Below are positions 17,719 through 27,280 of a stretch of DNA of 64,000 nt, one piece after another; positions within the stretch are counted from its first letter, which is position 1, and each line of letters starts with the position of its first letter. The translations under genes and the position numbers were made by a program. The stretch comes from Blastocatellia bacterium (GTDB lineage Bacteria > Acidobacteriota > Blastocatellia > UBA7656): assembly GCA_035455165.1 (NCBI GenBank), contig DATIFP010000007.1:9631-73630 (forward strand). The letters run 5' to 3'. Below the pieces are notes generated by a model. The model ran no database searches. It was given only the letters and a program-made list of their open reading frames with translations, and was not told where the DNA came from.

Positions 17719-18738
17719 ATGCAGACATTTGGCCTCTTGGTTCTGGCATTTCTTGCGCTGGGAGTTCTGATCACTTTGTTCAAGTCATTTCGAGTCGTCG
17801 GTCAGGCTTCGGTGATGATCATCGAGCGGCTCGGCAAGTTCCACAAGATGGCAGCCAGCGGGCTCAACATCATCCTGCCCTTTCTCGACAAGCCTCGTTC
17901 GGTCTACTGGAGCGGTGTTCGGCCCGGCTTGAACACTCTTGACCTGCGCGAACAGCTTCTCGAGTTCCCTCCCCAGCCGGTTATTACTCGCGACAACGTT
18001 ACCGTCGGTGTCGACTCCGTGCTCTATTATCAAATCACCGATCCGATCAAGGCCATGTATGAGGTCGCGGACCTGACGGGCTCGATCATGCAGCTCACGA
18101 TCACCGCTATGCGGTCGATCATCGGCGACCTCGATCTGGATCACACGTTCACCTCTCGCGACGTGATCAACAACAAGCTGCGAGTCGTGCTCGATGAAGC
18201 GACCGAGCGCTGGGGTGTTAAGGTAACTCGCGTCGAGATTCGAAACATCCATCCCCCCGAGGACGTGCGCATAACGATGGAAAAACAAATGACCGCGGAG
18301 CGAAATCGCCGAGCTCTTATCCTGAATGCGGATGGCGAGAAGCAGGCGGCAATCGCGCGCGCCGAAGGCGAGAAGCAAGCGGCTATCGCTCGCGCTGAAG
18401 GTGAGAAGGAAGCCGCTGTGCTGCGAGCCGACGGTCAGGCTCAAGCCCGACTTCGCAACGCCGAAGCAGAAGCCCAGGCAATAACCCGGATAGCCGCGTC
18501 GATCACCGCCGGCCAGGGAAATCCGGCGCAGTACCTGCTGATGCAGCGGTACATCGAATCGTTGACTCACATGGCTACGAGCACCAATGCCAAGGTGGTC
18601 TTCATGCCGGTCGAGACCAGCTCGGTCCTCTCATCTGTTGGCGCGTTGAAGGAGGTATTCGGCGAGATAGGCGAGCAGCGAGAGTCGGTCGATTATCGGA
18701 GCGGGCAGGTGCTTCCGGCTGGCCGTACACAGAGGTAG
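17719..18738 (+). CDS. SPFH/band-7 (stomatin-like) protein
   Basis: N-terminal TM and SPFH domain motifs. C-terminal 11-aa tandem repeats AEGEKQAAIAR x2 and variants. Confidence 0.85.
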   Translation: MQTFGLLVLAFLALGVLITLFKSFRVVGQASVMIIERLGKFHKMAASGLNIILPFLDKPRSVYWSGVRPGLNTLDLREQLLEFPPQPVITRDNVTVGVDSVLYYQITDPIKAMYEVADLTGSIMQLTITAMRSIIGDLDLDHTFTSRDVINNKLRVVLDEATERWGVKVTRVEIRNIHPPEDVRITMEKQMTAERNRRALILNADGEKQAAIARAEGEKQAAIARAEGEKEAAVLRADGQAQARLRNAEAEAQAITRIAASITAGQGNPAQYLLMQRYIESLTHMATSTNAKVVFMPVETSSVLSSVGALKEVFGEIGEQRESVDYRSGQVLPAGRTQR

Positions 18739-18802
18739 CGTCACGATTCAATCGATGGAGTGGCTTCACGTTCGGCGCGGGGGTTTAACCCTCGACATTC
18801 AC

Positions 18803-19186
18803 TCATTCTTCCGCGATGTAATCCGTCCCCTCGTCGCTCTCGAAGTAAGCCTTGTATAACGCCCGCGCATACTCGAGTTGATTGCTGGGGACGAGAACCC
18901 GGAGTTGTCCGCCGAAGACCAGATGAGGCTGCACGGAAAGCGAATGTTCACCGTGCATCACCGCCGCTACTCCATTCTGTTCGAGTGTCTGCTTGACCAG
19001 CATCGCCACCGGATAGGTAAGAGGGCGACATAACTCCACAAATTGAACTTCCCCCCTCTCGACGGCCTCTTTCGTCGTGACGGCCGTATCGTTGAGGGTC
19101 GCTGGAACCAGCTCAAACGCGCAATTGGGACACAGGCTTGAGCCCATATCGAATTCTGCTCCACAAATCGGACACAACATCAGCAT
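18803..19186 (-). CDS. DUF2007-like protein with N-terminal zinc ribbon
   Basis: 'CPICGAEF...CPNC' zinc ribbon. The C-terminal half resembles the DUF2007 putative signal-transducing domain. Confidence 0.55.
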   Translation of the reverse strand: MLMLCPICGAEFDMGSSLCPNCAFELVPATLNDTAVTTKEAVERGEVQFVELCRPLTYPVAMLVKQTLEQNGVAAVMHGEHSLSVQPHLVFGGQLRVLVPSNQLEYARALYKAYFESDEGTDYIAEE

Positions 19187-19544
19187 AGACGTCGAATCCT
19201 AGCACAGCGCTGGGCAGAATTGCCTCCTGGGCTTCACTTTGGACGCGGCGTTACCGCCGGCCCGGGAGTTGGCCCATCAGGATCGGGCATCGGCTCCGGA
19301 GGAAGCGGCATCGGGTCTTCAGGCGCCGGTATCGGATCCGGATCCAGATGCTCATGATCGAAATTCCTCATCGCATGGTCCTCCAGCGAGTGCGTCTCTC
19401 ACAGCGTCACGCCTCTCTCGCAATAACTCATCCATCCGAAGCCATTATAACTCGCCGGCCTCAGCATAGCCTTCCTCGCCGATTTGTTTTATATTCTCGA
19501 TCTCCAAGCCCAGTGGAGATGTCAGAAGGTACCCGGAGGAAGCC

Positions 19545-22500
19545 ATGACCGGTTGGAAGCAAGTTCGCTCGCTGTTGTCTCTGATCCTGATTATTCTTGT
19601 GTCTCTGCCTCTCGCGTCGCTCGCGCAAGACCCGCAAAAAGACGACGAGAAAAAAGATGAGGCAAAGGAAAAGAAAGAAGAAGGCCTGCCGCTCAAGACC
19701 GACAAGAAGATTGAGTTCACTACCGATGAAGGCACGTGGATGTCGCTCGACGTTTCATCCGACGGAGCGACGATCCTGTTCGATCTGCTCGGCGACGTCT
19801 ACACGGTTCCAACCGCGGGCGGCGAAGCGAAGCGCATCATCGGCGGACTGTCTTTTGAGAGCCAGCCGAAGTTTTCGCCCGACGGGAAGAAGATTGCCTT
19901 CATCAGCGATCGCAGCGGCGCAGAGAATCTCTGGCTCGCGGACGCCGACGGATCTCATCCCAAGGCGCTGACCAAAGGCCGAAATCAAATGTTCCTGTCA
20001 CCGTCGTGGACGCCTGACGGCCAATATGTGATCGCGTCAAGGTCCACCGACGCGATTGGAACATTCGCTTTGTGGATGTATCACAAGGACGGAGGCTCGG
20101 GAGTCCAGATAGGGCAGCCTGATCCGCCGCCGCAGCCGCCCGGATCGGGACAGCCTCAGCCAGTTCGACGAAACAGGTTCGGCGGCATCGCCTCGCCCGA
20201 CGGGCGTTTCATCTACTATGCCCAGCGCAACGGCGCGTTCAACTACAACGCGCAGTTTCCGATCTGGCAAATAGTCCGCTTCGATCGCGAGACCAGCGAA
20301 ACATCGACAATCACCAACGCCCAGGGCAGCGCGATGCGGCCGTTACTGTCGCCCGACGGGAAGAAGCTCGTCTACGCGACTCGCTTCGAGGGCGGTACCG
20401 CGTTGCGAGCTCGCGATCTCGAGACAAGCGAGGAACGCTGGCTGATCAACAATGTGACTCGCGACGATCAGGAATCGCGCGGCACTCGCGACTTGATGCC
20501 CGGCTATTCGTTTATGCCCGACGGCAAGTCGCTCATCGTTCCGGTGAACGGAAAGATTCAACGCGTCGATTTCGAAACCGGCAAGTCAACGATCATTCCA
20601 TTCACCGCAAAAGTTGAAGCCGAGATCGCGCCGCGGGTTTATTTCGAGAACCGGGTCGACGACAGCGCGATGGTTCGCGCGCGACTGATCCGCTGGCCGG
20701 CGATGTCGCCCGACGGCAAGCGCGTGGTTTTCAGTTCTCTCAACAAACTCTGGATCTCTGATTTGCCGGCGGGCAGCGCCAGACGCCTGACTGACTCGCA
20801 AGTGGGTGAGTTCATGCCCGCCTGGTCTCCGGACGGCCGGCACATCGCTTATGTAACCTGGTCGCGAGACGGCGGGCAGATTAATCGAGTGGCCGTCGAT
20901 GGCGGGCGCCCCGAGCAACTGACTCGTCGCGCAGCGTACTATTCGTCGCCGGTCTATTCTCCGGACGGCTCGAAGATCGTGTTCGTTTCCGGGGCGACTG
21001 ACGATCAGCTCTATGCCGATCTTCACTATCGAGACACCGATGTCTTTCCCGATTCCTCCAGCGATTCTCAGGACTCTGCCGAGAGCGAGATTGGTGGAAT
21101 CGGAGGAAGCACCGGAACGGATCTTCGCTGGATTCCCGCAACCGGCGGCGACTCGAAGTTGATCGCTCCGGCGCAAGGCGGCCGATTTCCGCATTTCACA
21201 AACGACCCCGAGCGCGTCTACCTGACCACTCAACAGGGTCTGACTTCTGTCCGGCTCGATGGTTATGACCGGCGTACTCATTTCAAAGTCACCGGCGCCG
21301 CGCCCGGTCCGTTCCCCCCGAACGCCGATGCGATCCAACTTTCGCCTGATGGCCAAAAGGCTTTCGTGAGTCTCCAATCCAAGCATTATCTCGTGACGAT
21401 TCCAAAGCCAGGGAAGGAAACGGTTACCATCAGCATCACGCCAAACGGCCCCTCCGCGGTTCCAGTGAAGAAGATGTCCGTAGAGGGCGGCGACTATCTC
21501 GCGTGGTCGCCGGACGGCAAGTGGGTAACGTGGTCGTGGGGCTCGAAGTTCTACCGCCAGGATGTCTCGGCCGACAAACCGGAGATGGCCGACCTCGTCG
21601 TCGAAGCCCCGCGAGCGCGGCCCAAGGGCAGCGTCGTGCTCTCAGGCGCACGAATCGTTACGATGAACGGCAGCGAGGTCATTGAGCGAGGCGACATAGT
21701 AGTCACCGACAATCGAGTCACCGCGGTAGGCGCAAAAGGCAAAGTCGCGATCCCGGCCGGCGCAAAAGTCATCGACGTGACCGGCAAAACAATCATCCCC
21801 GGATTCGTCGACGTTCACGCGCATATGTGGCCGCCGCGCGGAGTGCATCAGACTCAGGTGTGGCAATACCTGGCAAACCTCGCTTACGGCATCACCACCA
21901 CACGCGATCCGCAGAGCTCGACTACGGACGTCTTCGAGTACACCGACCTCGTCGAGACCGGTGACATACTCGGGCCGCGTGTCTACACAACCGGGCCCGG
22001 AGTCTTCTCTGGGTCGGGGCTGGACGACAAAGAGTCGACGCGCAACTTCATCAAGCGGTACAAGGAGGCTTATCACACCACGACGCTGAAGGAATACGTC
22101 GCGGGCGATCGCATCGTCCGGCAGTGGGTTGCGATGGCGATCAAGGAGTTTGGAATTACCTCAACCACCGAAGGCGCGCTCGACATGAAGCTCGATCTGA
22201 CTCAGATGGCCGACGGCTTTTCGGGCAACGAGCACGCTCTGCCAATCCACCCCCTTTACAAGGATGTTGTCCAGTTCGTCGCGAAGACCGGGACATTCTA
22301 TACGCCCACTATTCTCGTCGCTTACGGGGCTCCGTGGTCCGAGAACTACTGGTTCGAGAACACCGACGTACACGGAAACCAGAAGCTGCGGAGATTCATT
22401 CCGCACGCGCTCCTGGACACGATGGTCAAGCGCCGGGGCCAGTGGTTCCGCGAAGACGAGTACGGCCACAAAGCAATTTCCAAGGCCGCTGCGGACATCG

Positions 22501-22859
22501 TTCACGCGGGCGGGCGAGTTTGTCTGGGAGGCCACGGTCAGATGCAAGGAATAGGGTGTCACTGGGAGATCTGGAATCTGCAGTCGGGCGGGATGACTCC
22601 GTTCGAGGCACTGCGCTCGGCGACTATCTACGGCGCGGAGGCGATCGGGCTCCAGAAGGACGTAGGGTCACTCGAAGCCGGAAAGCTTGCGGACTTGATC
22701 ATTCTGGACAAGAACCCGCTGACGGACATTCGCAACACGAACACGATCGTGTACGTGATGAAGAACGGCGAGATGTTCGAGGGTGAGACGTTGGATCAAA
22801 TCTGGCCGATTCAGAAGAAGCTAGAGAAGCAGTATTGGTGGGACCGCGACCCGCAGTGA
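19545..22859 (+). CDS. PD40/TolB-like beta-propeller fused to amidohydrolase domain (1104 aa), secreted
   Basis: GGAGG RBS. Signal peptide. Repeated 'SPDGKKIAF/SPDGKKLVY/SPDGKRVVF/SPDGRHIAY' PD40 blades. 'PGFVDVHAHMWPP' amidohydrolase metal-binding motif. Confidence 0.8.
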   Translation: MTGWKQVRSLLSLILIILVSLPLASLAQDPQKDDEKKDEAKEKKEEGLPLKTDKKIEFTTDEGTWMSLDVSSDGATILFDLLGDVYTVPTAGGEAKRIIGGLSFESQPKFSPDGKKIAFISDRSGAENLWLADADGSHPKALTKGRNQMFLSPSWTPDGQYVIASRSTDAIGTFALWMYHKDGGSGVQIGQPDPPPQPPGSGQPQPVRRNRFGGIASPDGRFIYYAQRNGAFNYNAQFPIWQIVRFDRETSETSTITNAQGSAMRPLLSPDGKKLVYATRFEGGTALRARDLETSEERWLINNVTRDDQESRGTRDLMPGYSFMPDGKSLIVPVNGKIQRVDFETGKSTIIPFTAKVEAEIAPRVYFENRVDDSAMVRARLIRWPAMSPDGKRVVFSSLNKLWISDLPAGSARRLTDSQVGEFMPAWSPDGRHIAYVTWSRDGGQINRVAVDGGRPEQLTRRAAYYSSPVYSPDGSKIVFVSGATDDQLYADLHYRDTDVFPDSSSDSQDSAESEIGGIGGSTGTDLRWIPATGGDSKLIAPAQGGRFPHFTNDPERVYLTTQQGLTSVRLDGYDRRTHFKVTGAAPGPFPPNADAIQLSPDGQKAFVSLQSKHYLVTIPKPGKETVTISITPNGPSAVPVKKMSVEGGDYLAWSPDGKWVTWSWGSKFYRQDVSADKPEMADLVVEAPRARPKGSVVLSGARIVTMNGSEVIERGDIVVTDNRVTAVGAKGKVAIPAGAKVIDVTGKTIIPGFVDVHAHMWPPRGVHQTQVWQYLANLAYGITTTRDPQSSTTDVFEYTDLVETGDILGPRVYTTGPGVFSGSGLDDKESTRNFIKRYKEAYHTTTLKEYVAGDRIVRQWVAMAIKEFGITSTTEGALDMKLDLTQMADGFSGNEHALPIHPLYKDVVQFVAKTGTFYTPTILVAYGAPWSENYWFENTDVHGNQKLRRFIPHALLDTMVKRRGQWFREDEYGHKAISKAAADIVHAGGRVCLGGHGQMQGIGCHWEIWNLQSGGMTPFEALRSATIYGAEAIGLQKDVGSLEAGKLADLIILDKNPLTDIRNTNTIVYVMKNGEMFEGETLDQIWPIQKKLEKQYWWDRDPQ

Positions 22860-22901
22860 GGGCCGGCGACACTTCGCTCGTCTTGATCCTCGTGAGCGCC
22901 G

Positions 22902-22939
22902 TTGCAACGTGTCAGCACCTCAAGGCTGACACGTTGCAA
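22902..22939 (+). terminator. Candidate rho-independent terminator (15-bp stem, 8-nt loop) after the amidohydrolase gene
   Basis: 'ttgcaacgtgtcagc' / 'gctgacacgttgcaa' perfect inverted repeat 40 nt after the stop, followed by a U-containing 'agcucucuuugug'. Confidence 0.45.
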
Positions 22940-23282
22940 AGCTCTCTTTGTGACACCACAACGGTCTAACGTTGCGTTTCGGTTGCGGCGCGCTCGCTCG
23001 CTCCGCCGCGTAGCGGTGTCCTCTCGATAGTTTGCGTACGGGCGATTGCCGTGGGCCGCGTAGCGGTTGCCTGTTCACCTCGTATATCCATTCTGTCCGC
23101 GATTGGGCGGGTCCTGCCTTTCTGCGATTTAGCAGAAACGACAAGGTATCGCAAAATCGCAGGACCGGCCCCGGCTGGCGAAATTAGACCGCGTCGCCTT
23201 CACGCCTCTCTAAATCTGGTGGTCCGATGTACATACCAACCATCTCCCAACCGCTTGTCGTTTAAGCAAGAGCAGCATGTGT

Positions 23283-23543
23283 TTAGCGATTAACTCTGTC
23301 AGCCACGACTTCTCCATTGTGAATCTCGAAGCCTGTACTCGCTCCATTCGCGTTCATCGTGATTGCACGTACGTGATATCGTTCGCCTTCAACCAATGGA
23401 GGGCATGAGGTACCTGGATTCGGATAAACCTGAGTGTATCCTGCCGGTACTTCGCCATAGCTAATTGCACCGAGGCCTTCGACATGTCGCGCTGATCCGT
23501 CTTCTCTGAATTCAATCATCCAGTATATATAAGGTTCGGTCAC
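23283..23543 (-). CDS. Hypothetical protein (86 aa, GTG start), low-GC island
   Basis: ORF only. No RBS and no family. Confidence 0.2.
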   Translation of the reverse strand: MTEPYIYWMIEFREDGSARHVEGLGAISYGEVPAGYTQVYPNPGTSCPPLVEGERYHVRAITMNANGASTGFEIHNGEVVADRVNR

Positions 23544-23766
23544 CCAAGGAAAGAACAGGGATCGGGAGGGGTCAGGCTTGACTTATTGACATTTGAACCA
23601 AGATCTAGTGGAGCTTTCCGCACTCGGATCGTCGAATGTCAATGATGTCAGGCCTGACCCTCCCTCTTTACCGCATCTATCGTCTTGCCTTCGTTGATGA
23701 GTTCTCGTGCAAGCTCAGGCTTATAGCTACTATCCGGAATGTAGGCAATTCGAGCAGACCCCGGTG

Positions 23767-24117
23767 TCACAGCAATATTCCGACAAGCGCCTTGGAGTCT
23801 TCTCTAACCGGTTCATCGGTTAGAAACGACCACCATCTCGCCATGTGATAAATGTCGAGGCTTCGCATGCCCACGTGGCCGATAAAACAGTCGGGAGAAT
23901 CCATGGTAATCCTCCCGACGTGTTTAAGCTCGTCAGCAAGAGGGATATTGCCTGTGTTACGCCACCCCCATTCATCGGGCGCGGAGCCAAAAAGCCCTCC
24001 AGCACCGGCAGGAATTGCTGGGCTTGATTCCAAGTGGAGTTTAAGCAACATTGGCAGAGCATAGAGTTGCTCCTCCTCAAGGTTGTGCCCCATTAGTGCC
24101 GCGAAATTTACACCCAT
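23767..24117 (-). CDS. Hypothetical protein (116 aa), low-GC island
   Basis: ORF only. No family recognised. Confidence 0.25.
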   Translation of the reverse strand: MGVNFAALMGHNLEEEQLYALPMLLKLHLESSPAIPAGAGGLFGSAPDEWGWRNTGNIPLADELKHVGRITMDSPDCFIGHVGMRSLDIYHMARWWSFLTDEPVREDSKALVGILL

Positions 24118-24282
24118 ATGACGGATACCCCGCGCCTAACGACTGGGTTCTCTTGCCGGGCCGGCTGCAAGGAACTGAAGTCTTGAAAAACCGTCATGCC
24201 GGCCCGGTCAAGTGCCACCCTTAGTTCAACATGAATTAGGCCGCATTCTCGGGGGCACGAACAAATTGCTTTGTCGTGCCCT

Positions 24283-24726
24283 TCATGATGCGACAGTTAC
24301 TCCATTTCGTTTGAGCACCTCCAGCACCTTTGGGATATCTGGGGGGCCAGCAGGAATCTCGTTGTTGATGGCGGTGAACATCTGAGCGGCCAACGCGCCC
24401 TGCCCGGTAATTTCGAGCATCTGGCCACCACCCCTTCCGTAGCGAAAACCATGCACCGTCCCTCGCGGCACGTGCACAAGGGTGCCGGGCATGCATATGT
24501 GGGCTTTCCCTTCGCAGAGAAACTCGACTTTGCCCTTCAGGACGTAGAAGGATTCGTCCCAGTCGTGACTATGCGGTGGCGGCCCCGTTCCCTCGTCGCC
24601 TTGTTGCAGGGTGATTCCATAGCTTTGCGTCGCGGTGTTCGACGCCAGTATCGTCACCTGCGTGCCGAGCACACTCAGCGCGGGTTCGTGCTGATCGGGC
24701 GCCAAAACAAAATGTTGAACCTTCAT
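24283..24726 (-). CDS. Cupin domain protein
   Basis: AGGAGG RBS. 'PPHSHDWDESFYVLKG' and 'HVPRGTVHGF' two-motif cupin signature. Confidence 0.75.
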   Translation of the reverse strand: MKVQHFVLAPDQHEPALSVLGTQVTILASNTATQSYGITLQQGDEGTGPPPHSHDWDESFYVLKGKVEFLCEGKAHICMPGTLVHVPRGTVHGFRYGRGGGQMLEITGQGALAAQMFTAINNEIPAGPPDIPKVLEVLKRNGVTVAS

Positions 24727-24960
24727 GATCTCACTACCTCCTGTGAATAGACGATTGAGTGTCGCGCGGCCTAACGCTAGCGATCACCCGTCGCGCGCAA
24801 CCGGACGGAACTGAGAGATAACATAGGAACTCATAACAAAGCAGCTCGCGCGCTCGGGTGCATCGCCAAGTCAGGCGGCACTCGGACTGACCGCTGATTC
24901 TGCACCTCCCTCTGGACCGGGGGAGACAATGGGCTTGGCACATGTGAAAGTCCCGTCCGC

Positions 24961-25488
24961 CTACAACAGGAAGTCTGGACGCGCTCTCCTCATCACCGCG
25001 GAAACGTCGCGGATAACCTCGGCGCAACCGCGTACGAATGCGTCGTCGACCTCAATCAGCGTTGAGATCTCTGACACGTCGCCCTCGCAGAAGAACGCGT
25101 CCCCGGGGCGCTTTATCTCGAAGCTCAAAGCCCCAGCTTTGGCGATCAGCGCATCGTAACTGCGTCCGCGTCCGTGCTTAAGCACATTGATAGCGAGCTG
25201 CAAATCGCCAAAACGTTCCTTGAGATCTGGCTCGCCTTCGCGATCCAGGATGTTGGCAGCCTCGCGAAAGCCGTCACTGCACCTGAGACCATCCTGCAGT
25301 ATGGCTTCAAAAAGCGAGAACATTCCAACAGCTGAAATCGCCTTCTGAAGCTGTACCATCTGAAGCGCCTTTACCAATGGGGTTGTCGCGCTCGTTTGCA
25401 GGGCGTCAATAATTCTCTCATGCGCTTCCCTCAGGGCTTCCAGGGTGAATGCGGTACATCGATCTAGGAGGTCCGTGAAGGTATGCAT
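24961..25488 (-). CDS. Hypothetical protein (175 aa)
   Basis: ATG at 25488 preceded by an AAAGGAG RBS. No family recognised. Confidence 0.4.
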   Translation of the reverse strand: MHTFTDLLDRCTAFTLEALREAHERIIDALQTSATTPLVKALQMVQLQKAISAVGMFSLFEAILQDGLRCSDGFREAANILDREGEPDLKERFGDLQLAINVLKHGRGRSYDALIAKAGALSFEIKRPGDAFFCEGDVSEISTLIEVDDAFVRGCAEVIRDVSAVMRRARPDFLL

Positions 25489-25570
25489 GCGTCGCTCCTT
25501 TGCCCGGCGGCCGCCAGATCCCCCTGACGGCCGTCCTGGCACACCTATGAATTTTCAAACAAGACCAGCA

Positions 25571-26008
25571 TCAACCGTCGTTTTCATTGGGTTGCGGATA
25601 GCGACGCTTCGTATCTGCTACCGATTGGGCCACCAACGTCTCTAGGACCTTCAGATCGACGTTGGCCAGGCGCCTGATGTAGACACATACCTTCCCAGTC
25701 TTGTGCTTTCCCAGCTTGGCCAACAAGACGTCACGACCTTCGAAGCACTCCGCGATGTAAACAACCAACTCCCTTCCCCGCGCGGCAAACCCAGCGAGAG
25801 CGGAATCACCTTCGTGACCACTGGCGTACTTGTAATGGTAGCTCCCGAATCCGACGATGCTTGGCCCCCACATCCTTGGTTCTTGCTTGGTAACTCTTCG
25901 CATTAGAGCAACCAGAGTCCGGGCATCATTCCGTTGCTCCTCGTTCGCAATAGCAGCGATGTGACTCTCGACACTGACTTCTGTGGGTTTGGTCTTGGGT
26001 ACCGACAC
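25571..26008 (-). CDS. DUF1801 (YdhG-like) domain protein
   Basis: GTG at 26008 lies 6 nt after a GGAGG RBS and gives 'MSVPKTKPTEVSVESHIAAI...RMWGPSIVGFG', matching DUF1801 N-termini. The longer ORF to 26122 is probably an over-call. Confidence 0.6.
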   Translation of the reverse strand: MSVPKTKPTEVSVESHIAAIANEEQRNDARTLVALMRRVTKQEPRMWGPSIVGFGSYHYKYASGHEGDSALAGFAARGRELVVYIAECFEGRDVLLAKLGKHKTGKVCVYIRRLANVDLKVLETLVAQSVADTKRRYPQPNENDG

Positions 26009-26612
26009 AATGCACCTCCGAACGGCTTCTTTCGACGCCTGACGATTGGCGTAACCGGGCGCGGCGCCGAACATTTGAAGAACGATTAGAAACTGGGTTC
26101 GCCGCGCTCCGGTTGACGCCATAGTTATGCTGCGGACTTACGAAGCGATGGCAGATACGTTGTCCTATACTCAGCTTTTGTTGTAACCTGCGGCGATTAT
26201 CGTTGCGGTCGTGCAAGTATTCCAATTCAGCGTAAACACCGATTTGTTTGTTAAGCCGCTGGTACCTGCGTGGCAGCATCTTGATGATATCCACGCCTGT
26301 GACTATTTCCAACATGACAACAGCAGTATCGCCGACAGTTGTTTTCAAATCGCCCCAGCGGGGTATCTGACGAGGATCATCCTTGAGTGTTGAATCCGTG
26401 ATTTTTCGGATGAGGCAGGGCACAGCTGATTTCCCAGCAGCGACTATCGCATCGTAATCGCCATCGAGGCCAATGTTACCTTCGGTCGGAATAATCTTGA
26501 TGCGTGAGACGTGGTCGCACACACCTTTGGCGCACGCACTGGAAATGACTATCAGAACAATTCCAATCGTCAGTATCAGTCGTGCAGTCCACATGGTGGT
26601 TAAGAGCAGCAT
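25926..26612 (-). CDS. Hypothetical exported protein/lipoprotein; 3' end uncertain (runs into DUF1801 gene, possible frameshift or over-extension)
   Basis: N-terminus 'MWTARLILTIGIVLIVISSAC' is signal/lipobox-like. The region is low-GC. The C-terminal third is Arg/Ser-rich and looks like alternate-frame read-through. Confidence 0.35.
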   Translation of the reverse strand: MLLLTTMWTARLILTIGIVLIVISSACAKGVCDHVSRIKIIPTEGNIGLDGDYDAIVAAGKSAVPCLIRKITDSTLKDDPRQIPRWGDLKTTVGDTAVVMLEIVTGVDIIKMLPRRYQRLNKQIGVYAELEYLHDRNDNRRRLQQKLSIGQRICHRFVSPQHNYGVNRSAANPVSNRSSNVRRRARLRQSSGVERSRSEVHCVGTQDQTHRSQCRESHRCYCERGATE

Positions 26613-26783
26613 AACTCAGGCGTCAGCGGGCGCGCGACGTAGCCTTCGGATCACGGCGAACACCGACTCGCGCGCTCCGCTGCACGCCCGAGTTCGGCGC
26701 TCGACCCGGAGATAGCGCACGTCATTCGATGCGCTCCCTGACTCGCTTCAACCTCGCCGGCGGCGTCATTACTATATAAATGG

Positions 26784-26918
26784 TCACTGTGCGTCGACAA
26801 AGTTCCCCGCTGCGACAAATCGCGTGACTACCTTCGGGTCGATTTGTTGCCCCAGAACGTACTCTGCACTAACTGCGGCATATAGCGCCAGAACAAGAAT
26901 TCTTAGGATCATTGTCTT
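26784..26918 (-). CDS. Small secreted peptide (45 aa)
   Basis: GGAGAGG RBS directly before the ATG. 'MKTMILRILVLALYAAVSA' signal peptide plus a ~26-aa mature peptide. Confidence 0.3.
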   Translation of the reverse strand, partial: KTMILRILVLALYAAVSAEYVLGQQIDPKVVTRFVAAGNFVDAQ

Positions 26919-27280
26919 CATGGCCTCTCCTTTCCTCTTGATGTTGTCGGAATAGTGCCTGCGCGTCCAACGAATTAGCCGTACTAAAAGCGGTGGAATA
27001 TTACCGCCGTCAGTACGCCAATACAAGATACCCTCACAGTTTTCATCAATCATCTCAATAGGTTGGCTCGAGCGCGTCCGGGATAGACCGACGAACAAAC
27101 AATGTCGTGGCATGCCGCACAGAATGATCCTCGTTTCGAGAACTTTTTTTGTGCAAGATGGTTATCAACAAGGCATAGCTTGCTGAACGCCGGTCCTGCT
27201 GAGATCTCCTGGAATGAACGCCGACAGGATGATTGATCCGGTGAACGGTGAGTGACGAGACGAACAAGTACAGGAAAGGT

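Noticed and set aside
22920-23293. Short ORFs (22920..23144 minus, 23051..23293 plus) in the gene-poor stretch
   Set aside because: No RBS. Arg/Pro-rich composition. They overlap the terminator hairpin. Likely noncoding.
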